64,000 nucleotides of DNA from the NCBI GenBank assembly GCA_001004885.1, contig LCRX01000003.1, forward strand, positions 1,650-65,649, written 5' to 3'. The notes beneath the pieces were generated by a model. The model had not been told where the DNA came from. It did not search any database and saw nothing but the letters and a program-made list of their open reading frames with translations. This DNA comes from Candidatus Magasanikbacteria bacterium GW2011_GWA2_56_11 (lineage in GTDB: Bacteria; Patescibacteriota; Patescibacteriia; Magasanikbacterales; UBA922). Below are positions 1 through 9,836 of the stretch, in pieces (the first letter of the stretch is position 1; every line of letters begins with the position of its first letter). The translations under genes and the position numbers were made by a program.

Positions 1-1106
1 GAAAGTGGTATCCCGAAGGACCCAACTTTCATCCAGTGCTCTACCACCGGAGGGATCATACGCAGCTAGCCCAAAAGCTATTTCGAGGAGAACCAGCTAT
101 TACCGAGTTCGATTAGAATTTCTCTCCTATCCACAGCTCATCCCCTTGTGTTGCACAGCAAGTGGGTTCGGACCTCCCCCTGTATCTCTACAGGGCTCAT
201 CCTGGCCATGGATTGCGCACCCGGTTTCGGGTCTACTCATTGCGACTAAACGCCCTTTCAGACTTGGTTTCCCTTCGGCTCCGTCCCAGAAGGACTTAAC
301 CTTGCCGCACCGAGTAACTCGTAGGCTCATTCTTCAATAGGAACACCGTCACCCTTGCAGGCTCCGGCTCATTGTAAGCGCACGGTTTCAGGATCTATTT
401 CACCGCCCTCGCCGGGCTGCTTTTCACCTTTCCCTCGCGGTACTGGTTCACTATCGATCACTGTGAGTATTTAGCCTTAGACCATAGTCGGCCTTGCTTC
501 CGACGAGATTTCTCGTGTCTCGCCGTACTCAAGAACAAGAACGATACTGGGTCTATGTATTTCGTCTACAGGATTATCACCTTCTAAGATGCTCCGTTCC
601 AGGAGTCTTCGACTATACATGGACACGCAATATTCAGTTTTATCAGGAAACTGAAGTTCTTATCTTTCTACACCTGTACTGCAACGGCCTGCCCTTTAAG
701 GCACCGCGTCGAAAAAAGTCAAAGACTCCTTTTTTCGCGATGCCAACACAGTATAGGTTTAGGCTCTTCCCCTTTCGCTCGCCACTACTAAGGGAATCAT
801 GCTCTCACAAATTCCTAATATCTAACTCCAACCCTTGCGGATTGGAAATTAGAAATTAGGAATTGAAAGTGAGGCTTGTCGTATTTTCTTTTCCTCTGGC
901 TACTGAGATGTTTCACTTCACCAGGTTGTCTCCGTATGCCTATGGATTCAGCATACAGTGTTCAATAAAATTGAACGGGTTCCCCCATTGGGAAATCTCC
1001 GGATCAAAGGTTGCTTGCCACCTCCCCGAAGCTTATCGCAGGCTGCTACGTCCTTCTTCGTCTCACAGTGTCAAGGCATCCACCGCGCGCTCTTAACACA
1101 CTACAG
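1..1106 (-). rRNA. rrl: 23S rRNA, 5' portion (continues beyond window start); 5' end approximate
   Basis: Reverse complement matches conserved 23S segments (cggtggatgccttg, gcgataagcttcgggg, gaagtgaaacatctcagtagc, agtagtggcgagcgaa, aatagctggttctcctcgaaatagctt). Contains insertions at ~799-882 and an expanded region at ~620-750. Confidence 0.97.
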
Positions 1107-1266
1107 AAGCACACAATGGTGCTTCCTGAACCTAATTATTGGTTTGGTAAATTGTAATGATCAGTCAGCACGCTCGCTTTGCAGGATTCCTGTCACAGAC
1201 CGAATACCTATTCCTGCTTACGCATCCGGTCTGTAATAAGAACTTTGTCCGCCGCCCCGATTCCCG

Positions 1267-1292
1267 AAAAAAAAGACCGCAGTCAAGCGGTC
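1267..1292 (-). terminator. Intrinsic terminator-like hairpin inside the 23S upstream region
   Basis: Minus strand gaccgc-ttgact-gcggtc followed by T8. Confidence 0.55.
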
Positions 1293-1439
1293 AAGCAACG
1301 TCATCGTTGAGTCTTAACAGCTTGGAGATTCTGAGTATGTCGGAAATTGAAGCATGCGGTTAAATGGTTCAATTAGCGTACCCAGAGGTCCGAAGCTTTG
1401 GACATGGTCCCGACCAAATCGGGATTTAGACGTGTGGCC

Positions 1440-1468
1440 ATTGTATATTATGACCAAAAGGTTGTCAA
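1440..1468 (-). promoter_or_regulatory. Sigma70-type promoter facing the 23S gene
   Basis: TTGACA (1468-1463), 17-bp spacer, TACAAT (1445-1440). A perfect DnaA box (TTATCCACA on minus) lies at 1490-1498. Confidence 0.7.
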
Positions 1469-1530
1469 GAGGGGTTACAGGGAGTAAAATGTGGATAAGT
1501 TTTAAGCCAAATTTTGCCCAACCAAGCGGT

Positions 1531-2001
1531 ATGCTGAACCTACGGTTAATCGTGATCGGCAAATACAAAGAAACCTACTGGAAGCAGGCAGAGGCAGAGT
1601 ACCTCAAGCGCCTCAAACCCTATGCCCGGCTCGTTATTCATGAGATCGCCGAAGAGCCGTTTCGAAACGCGGCTGAACGAGAACGCATACAAATAAAAGA
1701 AGCCGAAAAAATCCAAAAACTGGTGCCGGACGGCAGCTTTACCATCGCGCTTCATGAACGCGGCCGTGGGTATACCTCGCGTGAACTGGCGGACTTTTTG
1801 TCCTCACTGAGTTTGCGTGGAGAGACGCTCACATTCATCATCGGCGGACCTCTTGGTCTGCACGAAAACCTGCTTAAAACAGCCGGCTGCCAGCTGTCGC
1901 TCTCGCCCTTGACTTTCCCCCACCAAATGGCGCGGGTAGCGCTCCTTGAACAGCTGTACCGGGCTGCCACGATCTTGAACGGCAAGACATACCACTATTA
2001 A
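1531..2001 (+). CDS. rlmH: 23S rRNA (pseudouridine1915-N3)-methyltransferase
   Basis: IGK..E.Y..EYLKRL, FIIGGPLGL, LSLSPLTFPHQMARVALLEQLYRA..I..G..YH SPOUT motifs. Confidence 0.95.
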   Translation: MLNLRLIVIGKYKETYWKQAEAEYLKRLKPYARLVIHEIAEEPFRNAAERERIQIKEAEKIQKLVPDGSFTIALHERGRGYTSRELADFLSSLSLRGETLTFIIGGPLGLHENLLKTAGCQLSLSPLTFPHQMARVALLEQLYRAATILNGKTYHY

Positions 2002-2061
2002 TTATTGACATCCCTGGGCCGCCGGCGTAGGGTAAACAAGCTTCAATCTTTTTTTCTTTTT

Positions 2062-2883
2062 ATGTCCGCGTTTACCGATGCCCAAACTCGCGATTATTAC
2101 GAATCCTACAGCGATGTTTATGCTTTGATCTGGAGCCAACAGATGCATACCGGCTATTTCGACCGGCCAAAAAACCTTGAAACTGCTTGCGCCGACATGA
2201 ATCATTACCTGGCAGCGGTTGCCGAAATAACCGCCGGTTCATCCGTTTTGAACGTCGGCTGCGGGCGCGGCGGTACCGACCGTTTTCTGGCCCGCCAGTT
2301 CGACGCCTCGGTTACCGGCATTGATATTAGCCAGCGGCAACTGGAAGAAGCGAGCCGTGAGGCCAAGCAAGCCGGCCTAGATAAAGCAATCAGGTACGAG
2401 TACGGCCTCATGACAGCGCTGCCCGCGGCCGACGCTTCGTTTGATTACGTCTGGGTGCAGGAGGCCCTCTTCCATTGCCACGACAAAAATCAGGCCGTGC
2501 GCGAATTCCACCGCGTGCTTAAACCCGGCGGGCGGGCGATTATTGAGGATACTGTGCTCCTCCACCCCGCCGCCAAGGCCGAGGTGATGGCCGCTTTCGG
2601 CGAACGCGTTTTTATCAACAGCCTTTCAACCAGCGCAGAGTATGAAGAGGCTTTCCTGGCTGCCGGTTTCCGGCTGGTTACAAAAAACGACTTGACCGAC
2701 CATTTAGCTTCTACCTACCGCGCCATCGCGGATTATATCGCGGCCAATATCCAGGAGTTAAAACAAAAAATCGACCAGAAATACTGGCCGACCCTGGAGA
2801 ATGACGGCGGCCGCGAGCGCACTCTGAAATTGGTCGAGGAGGACAAACTCGGCTGTGTCTGTCTGGTGTTCGAAAAAAGTTAG
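2062..2883 (+). CDS. Class I SAM-dependent methyltransferase (sarcosine/dimethylglycine or tocopherol MT-like)
   Basis: MHTGYF, VLNVGCGRGG, FDYVWVQEALFH, RVLKPGG motifs. Confidence 0.85.
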   Translation: MSAFTDAQTRDYYESYSDVYALIWSQQMHTGYFDRPKNLETACADMNHYLAAVAEITAGSSVLNVGCGRGGTDRFLARQFDASVTGIDISQRQLEEASREAKQAGLDKAIRYEYGLMTALPAADASFDYVWVQEALFHCHDKNQAVREFHRVLKPGGRAIIEDTVLLHPAAKAEVMAAFGERVFINSLSTSAEYEEAFLAAGFRLVTKNDLTDHLASTYRAIADYIAANIQELKQKIDQKYWPTLENDGGRERTLKLVEEDKLGCVCLVFEKS

Positions 2884-4490
2884 CGGGCCGACAACTTCCG
2901 GTCAAGCCCCAAAACCCGGAGAATCCTCTCCGGCGAGAGAGCCTGAAACTCGGCTCGTCTGTCCGGCGAGGAATACAATACGTTATAGATATCCGGCAGC
3001 AGCGGACTCATCGCCTCGGACAAGGTGATTTTTTTTGCCAATTCCACAAAATGACCGTAACGTCCGGCGGACTGTTCGATTAGCATGTCGATGCCTGTGG
3101 CCGGCGACAGCCCCTGTTCGGCATCTCCCATGTAAGCGAGCACCATGCCGTCGCCTCCCAGCTCCTTAGTCTGGACCGGCAAGACAGCCGCCGCTTCGGT
3201 TTCTTCACCGACCGCGGCCAAAAAACCGCGCCAGGCTTCTTTGAGCATGGTCAGATCATTTACCTGGCTAAATCCTCCCAGGCACTTTACGCCGTAATAT
3301 AACGAAACCACCAGGTAGCACAGAGCCATACTCGGAAAAATTTGTTTGCGCGCCAGCGCTTCCTGAATCGCCTCCGGCGTCAGGGCGATCACGTGTTCGC
3401 CGCTATCGGAGCGCAGTTCGCCGTCTTTGAGAATCAGCCGAACGCGGTGCAATCGTTGATCCACCGCCCAAAAAAAATAGGTGCCCCAGCCGTTCTCAAG
3501 CGAGAAGCCGCCCGGCAGGTTATTAAAAAACCGCTGGGCCAAATTCTGGTGCCCGGGGTCAAAAAAGAGACGATACAAAAGCGACTCGGAATTTGTGAGG
3601 TGAAAACGCAGCAGGAGTTCATTCACCAGGGTTTCGATTTCGAGATAAATCAAATCCGGAATCCTCCCGGAGGGCCGGACGGGAGTCGCCGCCTCCGGCT
3701 GGTGGTGAAAAATAGCCGGCCACAGGTCGTAATTGATCTTCGTTACTTGAGCGGCAAAATCTGGCGCGGCCAAAACCGAAGGCAGAGAAAAATAACGATC
3801 GAGGACCTCCCCGATGCGCTGCGCGCGCCGGGCGGCAATCTCGCCGCTTTTTTGCTTCAGAGCGAGCTGCGCTTTGGCTTTGGCTATCTCTTTGTCGGCA
3901 AAAGCCGGCGCGCCATAGACCACCGACATCTTGAGCCGGTCGGGCAGGATGGGCAAACGGACAAGCACTCCGGCGCCATTGTCCTGGCTGTGAAAAACCA
4001 GACCGCGGGGGAATGAAGTATTGTTTACCGAAATGCTCGCGAAAGAAAAACTGACCAAATATGGAAGGTCGGGGCCGGACTGGTCAAAGTACGGCAAAGC
4101 TGAAATGATGTTTGAATTGACGAAAAACGGGTGGGTGATGGGGCCGTGATGGTCGGCAGTCGACACCAAGGGAAGACGCCCAAGCTGTCGGGCCACTGCG
4201 TCGCCGACATCCGCGCCGAGACGCGCGGTAACAAGTTCTCTGGCGACAGTAACCAAATCCTGTTTGCGGGTGTCTAAATGCGGAGTTTTGTTAACATCGG
4301 TAAAATCTTTCGCGTAGTCGTAAAGAGTTTTGCCGGCGTGCTTGCGCATGATCTCGCCGAGAATCGGCCGCCGCTGCCAGATATGCGTTTTCATCTCTTC
4401 GAAAACGGATAGCAGGTCAGTGCCAGTCTGTGCCGGTGATAAGCTCTCTGTGAGAGGATTAATGTCGAGGTTGGCCTCGCTAAGGGGCAT
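2880..4490 (-). CDS. Hypothetical protein, 536 aa
   Basis: Long ORF with globular composition and STADHHGPITHPF motif; family not recognised. Confidence 0.75.
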   Translation of the reverse strand: MPLSEANLDINPLTESLSPAQTGTDLLSVFEEMKTHIWQRRPILGEIMRKHAGKTLYDYAKDFTDVNKTPHLDTRKQDLVTVARELVTARLGADVGDAVARQLGRLPLVSTADHHGPITHPFFVNSNIISALPYFDQSGPDLPYLVSFSFASISVNNTSFPRGLVFHSQDNGAGVLVRLPILPDRLKMSVVYGAPAFADKEIAKAKAQLALKQKSGEIAARRAQRIGEVLDRYFSLPSVLAAPDFAAQVTKINYDLWPAIFHHQPEAATPVRPSGRIPDLIYLEIETLVNELLLRFHLTNSESLLYRLFFDPGHQNLAQRFFNNLPGGFSLENGWGTYFFWAVDQRLHRVRLILKDGELRSDSGEHVIALTPEAIQEALARKQIFPSMALCYLVVSLYYGVKCLGGFSQVNDLTMLKEAWRGFLAAVGEETEAAAVLPVQTKELGGDGMVLAYMGDAEQGLSPATGIDMLIEQSAGRYGHFVELAKKITLSEAMSPLLPDIYNVLYSSPDRRAEFQALSPERILRVLGLDRKLSAR

Positions 4491-4605
4491 AGGGGGGATT
4501 TTGAAACCAAGCCAGTATAAGAGAAAAACCTAAATCCGTCAAGGGATAGGCAAATTTTAATTTTAAAATTAGCCCTGTAGGGGCTAATTCTGCTCGGGCC
4601 TAGGG

Positions 4606-4914
4606 CTAATAAACAGCTCTTTCCAAAGCCACAAGACAGGCGGCGCCGTCTTCGCACTCCCAAACTTTTACCAGCGTATGGCCCGGCAACACCCGGTGCG
4701 CTGCCGCGGCGAGCGCGCCGGTGCCGATGCCGTGGACGACCCGGCAATACAGTTTTCCTTCTTTATAAAGCAAAAACAACTCGCGTTCGAGCTGTTCTAT
4801 GGCGGCGGGGATAGTGCCGGCCTGGTGCAGATCAATAACCGCTATATTCGGGTCAAGACGGGCGGCGAGGAGACGGAAATAATTGTCATTCTGAGAATTC
4901 TTCGCTGCGCTCAT
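4606..4914 (-). CDS. Smr/MutS2 C-terminal domain protein
   Basis: IDLH...VVHGIGTGAL...HTLV Smr signature. Confidence 0.85.
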   Translation of the reverse strand: MSAAKNSQNDNYFRLLAARLDPNIAVIDLHQAGTIPAAIEQLERELFLLYKEGKLYCRVVHGIGTGALAAAAHRVLPGHTLVKVWECEDGAACLVALERAVY

Positions 4915-4980
4915 AGCTTGCCGGGTAGGCGGAGTACAAATTAATTATAATCGGCTCTGCCAGGCTGTCGGCCGGCCATG

Positions 4981-5061
4981 TGCCGCGGGAGAGACTCGAA
5001 CTCTCATAGGTTGCCCTGCTTGCTCCTAAAGCAAGTGCGTCTACCATTTCGCCACCGCGGC
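4981..5061 (-). tRNA. tRNA-Leu(TAG)
   Basis: gccgcggtggcgaaatggtagacgca; anticodon arm cttgc-tttagga-gcaag; variable arm; gttcgag T-loop; no encoded CCA. Confidence 0.93.
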
Positions 5062-5171
5062 CTGGGAGCGATTAAACCATACCGAAGCGATAAAATCAAG
5101 ACTGCTCGGCCAGCATACTACCTGACACTGCGAAAATAAAGACCCCGAAAAGGGGCCTTTTAGCTTGGCTG

Positions 5172-6212
5172 TCATGTCTTGGCTGGAGTTCGAGGCGGCT
5201 TTTTCCCCCTGGCTCGAGCCAATCTCTTTATCTCCGCGTCGTACACAAATCTTAATTCATGAGGAGGGACATTACCAATAATCGCCCCCATCTGCCGCAT
5301 GGAAGCAGCATCTATCTCTTGGTCCCTTTTTTGTATTTCCGCCTTTATCGTGTCTTCTTCTTTTCTCTTTCTGGCCATAAATTCGTTGTACACCCGCTCT
5401 CGCGCGGCAGATTTTTTCGCCCTTAATTCTAGCTCCGCGCGTAACCTTTTTGATTTGCCGGATTGTTTAACCCCTTCCCTGCGACCACGGTCTTTATAAC
5501 CGCCAAATTCCATGACCACCTCTTTGCCCATACCCACCGTAGGTACGTTGTAGGGCGAAGAGTCGTCATTATGCTCGGAGTGGATCCAGCCTGATTCTAG
5601 TAGTGATTCGCTTCGGGCCGCCCGGTCCCCTCCCGTTACCGCTCCATGATCCTTCCCTGGTTCTATAGCCGCCGGCTTGATTTCTTGTTCTCCCCTTAGT
5701 CCATCCCCAGATGGTTTAGCCTCAGGAAGAGAATGAACTCCGGGTCGGCGGCCTTCTTCTGGGACAGAATCAACCGGAACTTGAGGATAATCCGAAATGT
5801 AGTCATCGCCTTCGCCGTTGTCTGCCCCCATCTCTTCGCGGTACAATAGTTCCTCTTCAGGGGTCCTTCCGCCATCAGGTAATTGTTCTACCGGCACAAA
5901 ATCGCCGCCGACGCGAGGCTGAAAACTGGCTGCGGCTGTCCGGCCATGCCTGCGGTGTGTTTTTAGCCCTGGCGGATCCCCAATCTTGGGGTTGTCGCTC
6001 GTACCCTTAGGTTCGGCATCACCCCAACTTTCCGCCGGTATATAGCGGCCCGAATCTGCGCGGGCAATTTCGCCAAAAGCATCCTGGCTAGGGTGTATTC
6101 CCAAAGTATCCCGGGAAGGATCCTCGCTCGGAGCTTTTTCAGGCCTGGATCTTTTAGGTGGCTTCCACCCGAACAACCCCCAGGGATTTTCACCTGCCGG
6201 TATACGTCGCAT
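5172..6212 (-). CDS. Hypothetical, largely disordered protein with C-terminal coiled coil
   Basis: 346-aa ORF with a downstream hairpin at ~5141-5160; no family recognised. Confidence 0.6.
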   Translation of the reverse strand: MRRIPAGENPWGLFGWKPPKRSRPEKAPSEDPSRDTLGIHPSQDAFGEIARADSGRYIPAESWGDAEPKGTSDNPKIGDPPGLKTHRRHGRTAAASFQPRVGGDFVPVEQLPDGGRTPEEELLYREEMGADNGEGDDYISDYPQVPVDSVPEEGRRPGVHSLPEAKPSGDGLRGEQEIKPAAIEPGKDHGAVTGGDRAARSESLLESGWIHSEHNDDSSPYNVPTVGMGKEVVMEFGGYKDRGRREGVKQSGKSKRLRAELELRAKKSAARERVYNEFMARKRKEEDTIKAEIQKRDQEIDAASMRQMGAIIGNVPPHELRFVYDAEIKRLARARGKKPPRTPAKT

Positions 6213-6270
6213 ATGTCTTAATATTAATAAGCAGTACGATAAAAGTATAACAAATATTTAAATGACCAAC

Positions 6271-6299
6271 AAAAAAGGACCCATCATGGGTCCTTTTTT
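6271..6299. terminator. Terminator after pnp
   Basis: aaaaaaggacccat-c-atgggtcctttttt inverted repeat immediately after the pnp stop. Confidence 0.8.
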
Positions 6300-6300
6300 G

Positions 6301-8520
6301 CTACCGATCCCGAAACGGCCGACGCGGGCCGCCGAACGGCTTGCCGCCGCCCGGGCGCGGGCCGCGGTCAAACGTCGGCGGGGTCCAGCCTTCCGGTTTG
6401 GGCTTGAGTTCTTTCATGGTGAGATTGACGCGGCCGAGGTTGTCTATTTCCCTGACCTTGACCTGCACCTTGTCGCCCATCTTGAGCACATCCGACGGAC
6501 GACCGACGCGCTCCCAGGAAATTTCGCTTACATGAACGAGTCCATCCTTGTTGGGAAGAATCTGCACAAAGGCGCCAAAATCCTCAAGGCGCACCACGGT
6601 GCCGTCGTAAATCTCGCCCGGAGCCACCTCTTTGGTCAGGTCCTGCACCATCTTGATGGCGCGCTTCATGCCCTCGCTGTCGTTTGAAGTAATCATCACG
6701 CGGCCGTCCTGCTCGATGTCTATCTGGACGCCAGTCTCGTCAATAATCTTGTTAATAATCTTGCCTCCCGGACCGATCACGTCGCGAATCTTTTCCGGAT
6801 CAATCATAATGGTCTCAATGCGCGGGGCATACGGCGAAAGATCCGGCCGCGGCGCCGGGATAACCTTGGCCATGGCGTCGAGAATTTCGAGGCGGGCGCG
6901 GTAGGCCTGCTCGATAGTCTGCTTCACGATATCCCACGACAGACCCAGGGTCTTGGTGTCCATCTGAACAGCGGTAACGCCGTCGCGCGTGCCGGTGATC
7001 TTGAAGTCCATGCCGCCCGGACCGTCCTCCACGTCCTGCAGGTCGGTCAAAACTTTCCAATTGCCGGCCGTATCCGAGGCCAACCCCATGGCAATGCCGC
7101 CGACCGGTTTTTTGATCGGCACGCCGGCCGCCATCAGGGACAGGGTAGAACCGCAAGTAGAGGCCATCGAACTCGAACCGTTCGAGCCGAGCACCTCGGA
7201 GACGACGCGGATAGCGTACGGAAAATCTATTTCCGGCGGCAAGACCGGTTCCAAAGCGCGCTCGGCAAGCGCGCCGTGGCCGATAGCCCGGCGGCCCGGA
7301 CCGCGCAGCGGCCCGGTTTCGCCGTAGGTGAACGGCGCGTCGTTGTAGTGGTGCATGTAGCGCTTCTTGCCTTCTTCTTCCATCGTGTCAAGCGTCTGCA
7401 CGTCGCCCGGAGCGCCGAGCGTGGTCAGCGAGAGCACTTGCGTGTCGCCGCGCATAAACATAGCCGAGCCGTGCACGCGCGGCGGCAGGGCGTCAACTTC
7501 GATGTTAAGTTCGCGAATCTGCTCCAGGGCGCGGCCGTCCAGGCGCTGCCCGGTCTGCAAAATCCTCTTGGTCACTTCGCGCTGGACATAAAGCTTCACG
7601 TTCTTTAGAACCGGCTTGTAGTTGTCTTCTTCTATGCCCTCTGCGATCAAATGCGTTTTGAGCGCGGCGCTGATTTTCTCGATCATGCCGTAGCGGTCTT
7701 TGCGGTTGATCTTGGGCGAGTCAAAAATCATGGAATCGGCGACACTCGAAACGAACGCGGCGCCGAGTCCGTCTACGCGGCGGGCAAGCTCTTCTTCGTC
7801 CGACTGAGGACCAGCGGGTACGGCATCTTTGACCGTGCCCAAATCGGACTGGATAGTTTTAATGAGGTCAATCACCGGCTGAAGCTGGCTGCAGCCCCAC
7901 TTCATGGCTTCGTACATATCGGTCTCGGCCACTTCGCGCGCGCCGGCCTCGGTCATGATAAGCTTGTCCGGCGTACCGGCCACGACCAGATCCAAGTCCC
8001 CGGTCTGTACCTCTTCGATAGTAGCGTTCAGGATAAACTGGCCGTCTTTGCGGCCGACCCGGGCCGCGGCGATCGGGCCGTTCCAGGGCACCGGAGAAAT
8101 GGCCGCGGCGCAGGAGGCGGCAATAAGAGCCACGATAGCGGCGTCATTCACCCCGTCAACCGACAACGCCGTCAACACCACCTGCACGTCGTTGCGAACA
8201 CGGTCGTCGAACAGCGGACGGATAGCGCGGTCAATCAGGCGCCCGGTAAGGATCGCCTCGTCGCTCGGACGGCCTTCGCGCTTGATAAAACGCGAGCCTT
8301 TGATTTTACCCGCGGCGTAGAGCTTCTCCTCGAAGTCCACCATGAGCGGAAAATAGTCTATCCCGTCGCGGATATTGCCGCTTTTGACGATAGTGGCCAG
8401 AATCACGGTGTCCCCATAGCGGACAGTGCATGATCCTTGCGCCTGAAGCGCGAGCTTGCCTACCTCGATTTCGAGTTTACGGCCGGCCCAATCCACCGAC
8501 CACTGACGAATGTTCAACAT
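6301..8520 (-). CDS. pnp: Polyribonucleotide nucleotidyltransferase (PNPase)
   Basis: Two RNase PH domains (RLIDRAIRPLF, SNGSSSMASTCG, MDFKITG), KH (IGPGGK) and S1 domains. Confidence 0.98.
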   Translation of the reverse strand: MLNIRQWSVDWAGRKLEIEVGKLALQAQGSCTVRYGDTVILATIVKSGNIRDGIDYFPLMVDFEEKLYAAGKIKGSRFIKREGRPSDEAILTGRLIDRAIRPLFDDRVRNDVQVVLTALSVDGVNDAAIVALIAASCAAAISPVPWNGPIAAARVGRKDGQFILNATIEEVQTGDLDLVVAGTPDKLIMTEAGAREVAETDMYEAMKWGCSQLQPVIDLIKTIQSDLGTVKDAVPAGPQSDEEELARRVDGLGAAFVSSVADSMIFDSPKINRKDRYGMIEKISAALKTHLIAEGIEEDNYKPVLKNVKLYVQREVTKRILQTGQRLDGRALEQIRELNIEVDALPPRVHGSAMFMRGDTQVLSLTTLGAPGDVQTLDTMEEEGKKRYMHHYNDAPFTYGETGPLRGPGRRAIGHGALAERALEPVLPPEIDFPYAIRVVSEVLGSNGSSSMASTCGSTLSLMAAGVPIKKPVGGIAMGLASDTAGNWKVLTDLQDVEDGPGGMDFKITGTRDGVTAVQMDTKTLGLSWDIVKQTIEQAYRARLEILDAMAKVIPAPRPDLSPYAPRIETIMIDPEKIRDVIGPGGKIINKIIDETGVQIDIEQDGRVMITSNDSEGMKRAIKMVQDLTKEVAPGEIYDGTVVRLEDFGAFVQILPNKDGLVHVSEISWERVGRPSDVLKMGDKVQVKVREIDNLGRVNLTMKELKPKPEGWTPPTFDRGPRPGGGKPFGGPRRPFRDR

Positions 8521-8641
8521 AATTGTACTCCTCGCGCTGATCAAGAAGCGATAGATCCCCAAGGGACCTAGATGTCTCCCGACCAGCGAATTAATAAATT
8601 TAATTAGTTTAAGTTAGAAACTTAATAAGATTTTACCCCTA

Positions 8642-8738
8642 GTAGCGGCGGGGATAAGCCGTTTTCATTCCGCCAGCTGTCTGAGCTGTAAAGCAAGCGA
8701 GTTCTGCCGGAATTAAAACGGGTTATCCCCGCCGCTAC
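8642..8738. repeat. Palindromic dispersed element, copy 1
   Basis: ~30-bp inverted arms around core attccgccagctgtctgagctg-N3-agcaagcgagttctgccggaatt; second copy at 12068-12166. Confidence 0.85.
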
Positions 8739-8801
8739 GCCCCGGCCGGAGCACTCCAGCTATCATCAAAACGCAAACTATAGACGATAGCGCAAAAACT
8801 C

Positions 8802-9371
8802 CTACTGCGAAGCAGCTCCCCGCTTCAATTCCCGCCTCCGGTCAACAATCAAAAATTTCTCTTTGTCCCGGCCCAGATCAAGAAAATCGTCCGCGGCCTC
8901 GATAAGCCGGCCGGAAGTAGTGCCGCCGAAAGCGGCCACCTCGACCTGTTTGCCCATGCTCTGAAGATAATCCACCAGCGGCAGATAGTCGCCGTCGCCC
9001 GAGACAATCACGATGGCGTCTAGGCTGGGCGCGAGCCGGATAGCGTCAACCGCGAGCCCCACGTCCCAGTCGGCCTTTTTAAGGCCCGTGGAAAAAATCT
9101 GCAAATCCTTTTCGCGCGTTTCAATGCCAAGATTATACAGCGCCTCGAAAAAAGGCTGCTCTTCTTTGGACTCGGTCCGGACCACGTAGGCTATAGAGCG
9201 AATCAGCTTGCGGTTCAAAACCGACTCTTTAACGATGTTGCCAAAATTCACTTTCATGCCGAAAAGATTTTTGGCCGAATAGTAGAGATTCTGTACATCA
9301 ATAAACACCCCAACACGTTGGTCGGGGTGCTTGAGCGGATGTCTGGTACTATCTTTCAGGTTCGGGCTCAT
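8802..9371 (-). CDS. NYN domain (LabA/DUF88, PIN-like) protein
   Basis: VFIDVQNLY, KADWDVGLAVD, SGDGDY, ADDFLDL. Confidence 0.9.
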   Translation of the reverse strand: MSPNLKDSTRHPLKHPDQRVGVFIDVQNLYYSAKNLFGMKVNFGNIVKESVLNRKLIRSIAYVVRTESKEEQPFFEALYNLGIETREKDLQIFSTGLKKADWDVGLAVDAIRLAPSLDAIVIVSGDGDYLPLVDYLQSMGKQVEVAAFGGTTSGRLIEAADDFLDLGRDKEKFLIVDRRRELKRGAASQ

Positions 9372-9696
9372 GAGATTCCTCGATTAGATCGGCGTCATCT
9401 TCTTTTTCTGCCGCGGTCTCGAACTGCTTGGCCTGCTTAAGTTTGAGTTTCTTGACCAGATCCTCGTACGAGGCGGCGTTCTCGCGCTGCAGATAGCGCA
9501 GCAGGCGGCGGCGTTCGCCGACCTTGCGCAACAGACCGCGGCGGGAAGAGTGATCCTTGGCGTGAGCCTTGAGGTGGCCCACCAACTCGTCAATTTCCGC
9601 GGTCAGAATAGCGATCTGGACCTCGGTCGACCCAGTGTCGCCTTTGTGGGTCTGGTACTTCTTGATGACGTTCAACTTTTTTTGCTTGGTCAGCAT
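9349..9696 (-). CDS. rpsO: 30S ribosomal protein S15 with acidic C-terminal tail
   Basis: DTGSTEVQIAILT...KDHSSRRGLLRKVGERRRLLRYL. Confidence 0.97.
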   Translation of the reverse strand: MLTKQKKLNVIKKYQTHKGDTGSTEVQIAILTAEIDELVGHLKAHAKDHSSRRGLLRKVGERRRLLRYLQRENAASYEDLVKKLKLKQAKQFETAAEKEDDADLIEESHEPEPER

Positions 9697-9779
9697 ACAT
9701 GCATGGTATTATCGAGCGGGGGCGGGGCATGTCCCGCGGCCGTCCGGACCCGACCGAGTCGGGATTAGTAGATGGGATG

Positions 9780-9808
9780 ATTATACCAGGAGAGGCCGAT
9801 TATGTCAA
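9780..9808 (-). promoter_or_regulatory. Consensus sigma70 promoter for rpsO-NYN-pnp
   Basis: TTGACA, 17-bp spacer, TATAAT with TG extension. Confidence 0.85.
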
Positions 9809-9836
9809 GGTATCACCGAGGAATCGAGGCTGAATC

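Noticed and set aside
5-1363. ORFs over the 23S rRNA and its leader
   Set aside because: Antisense shadows of rRNA with no protein motifs
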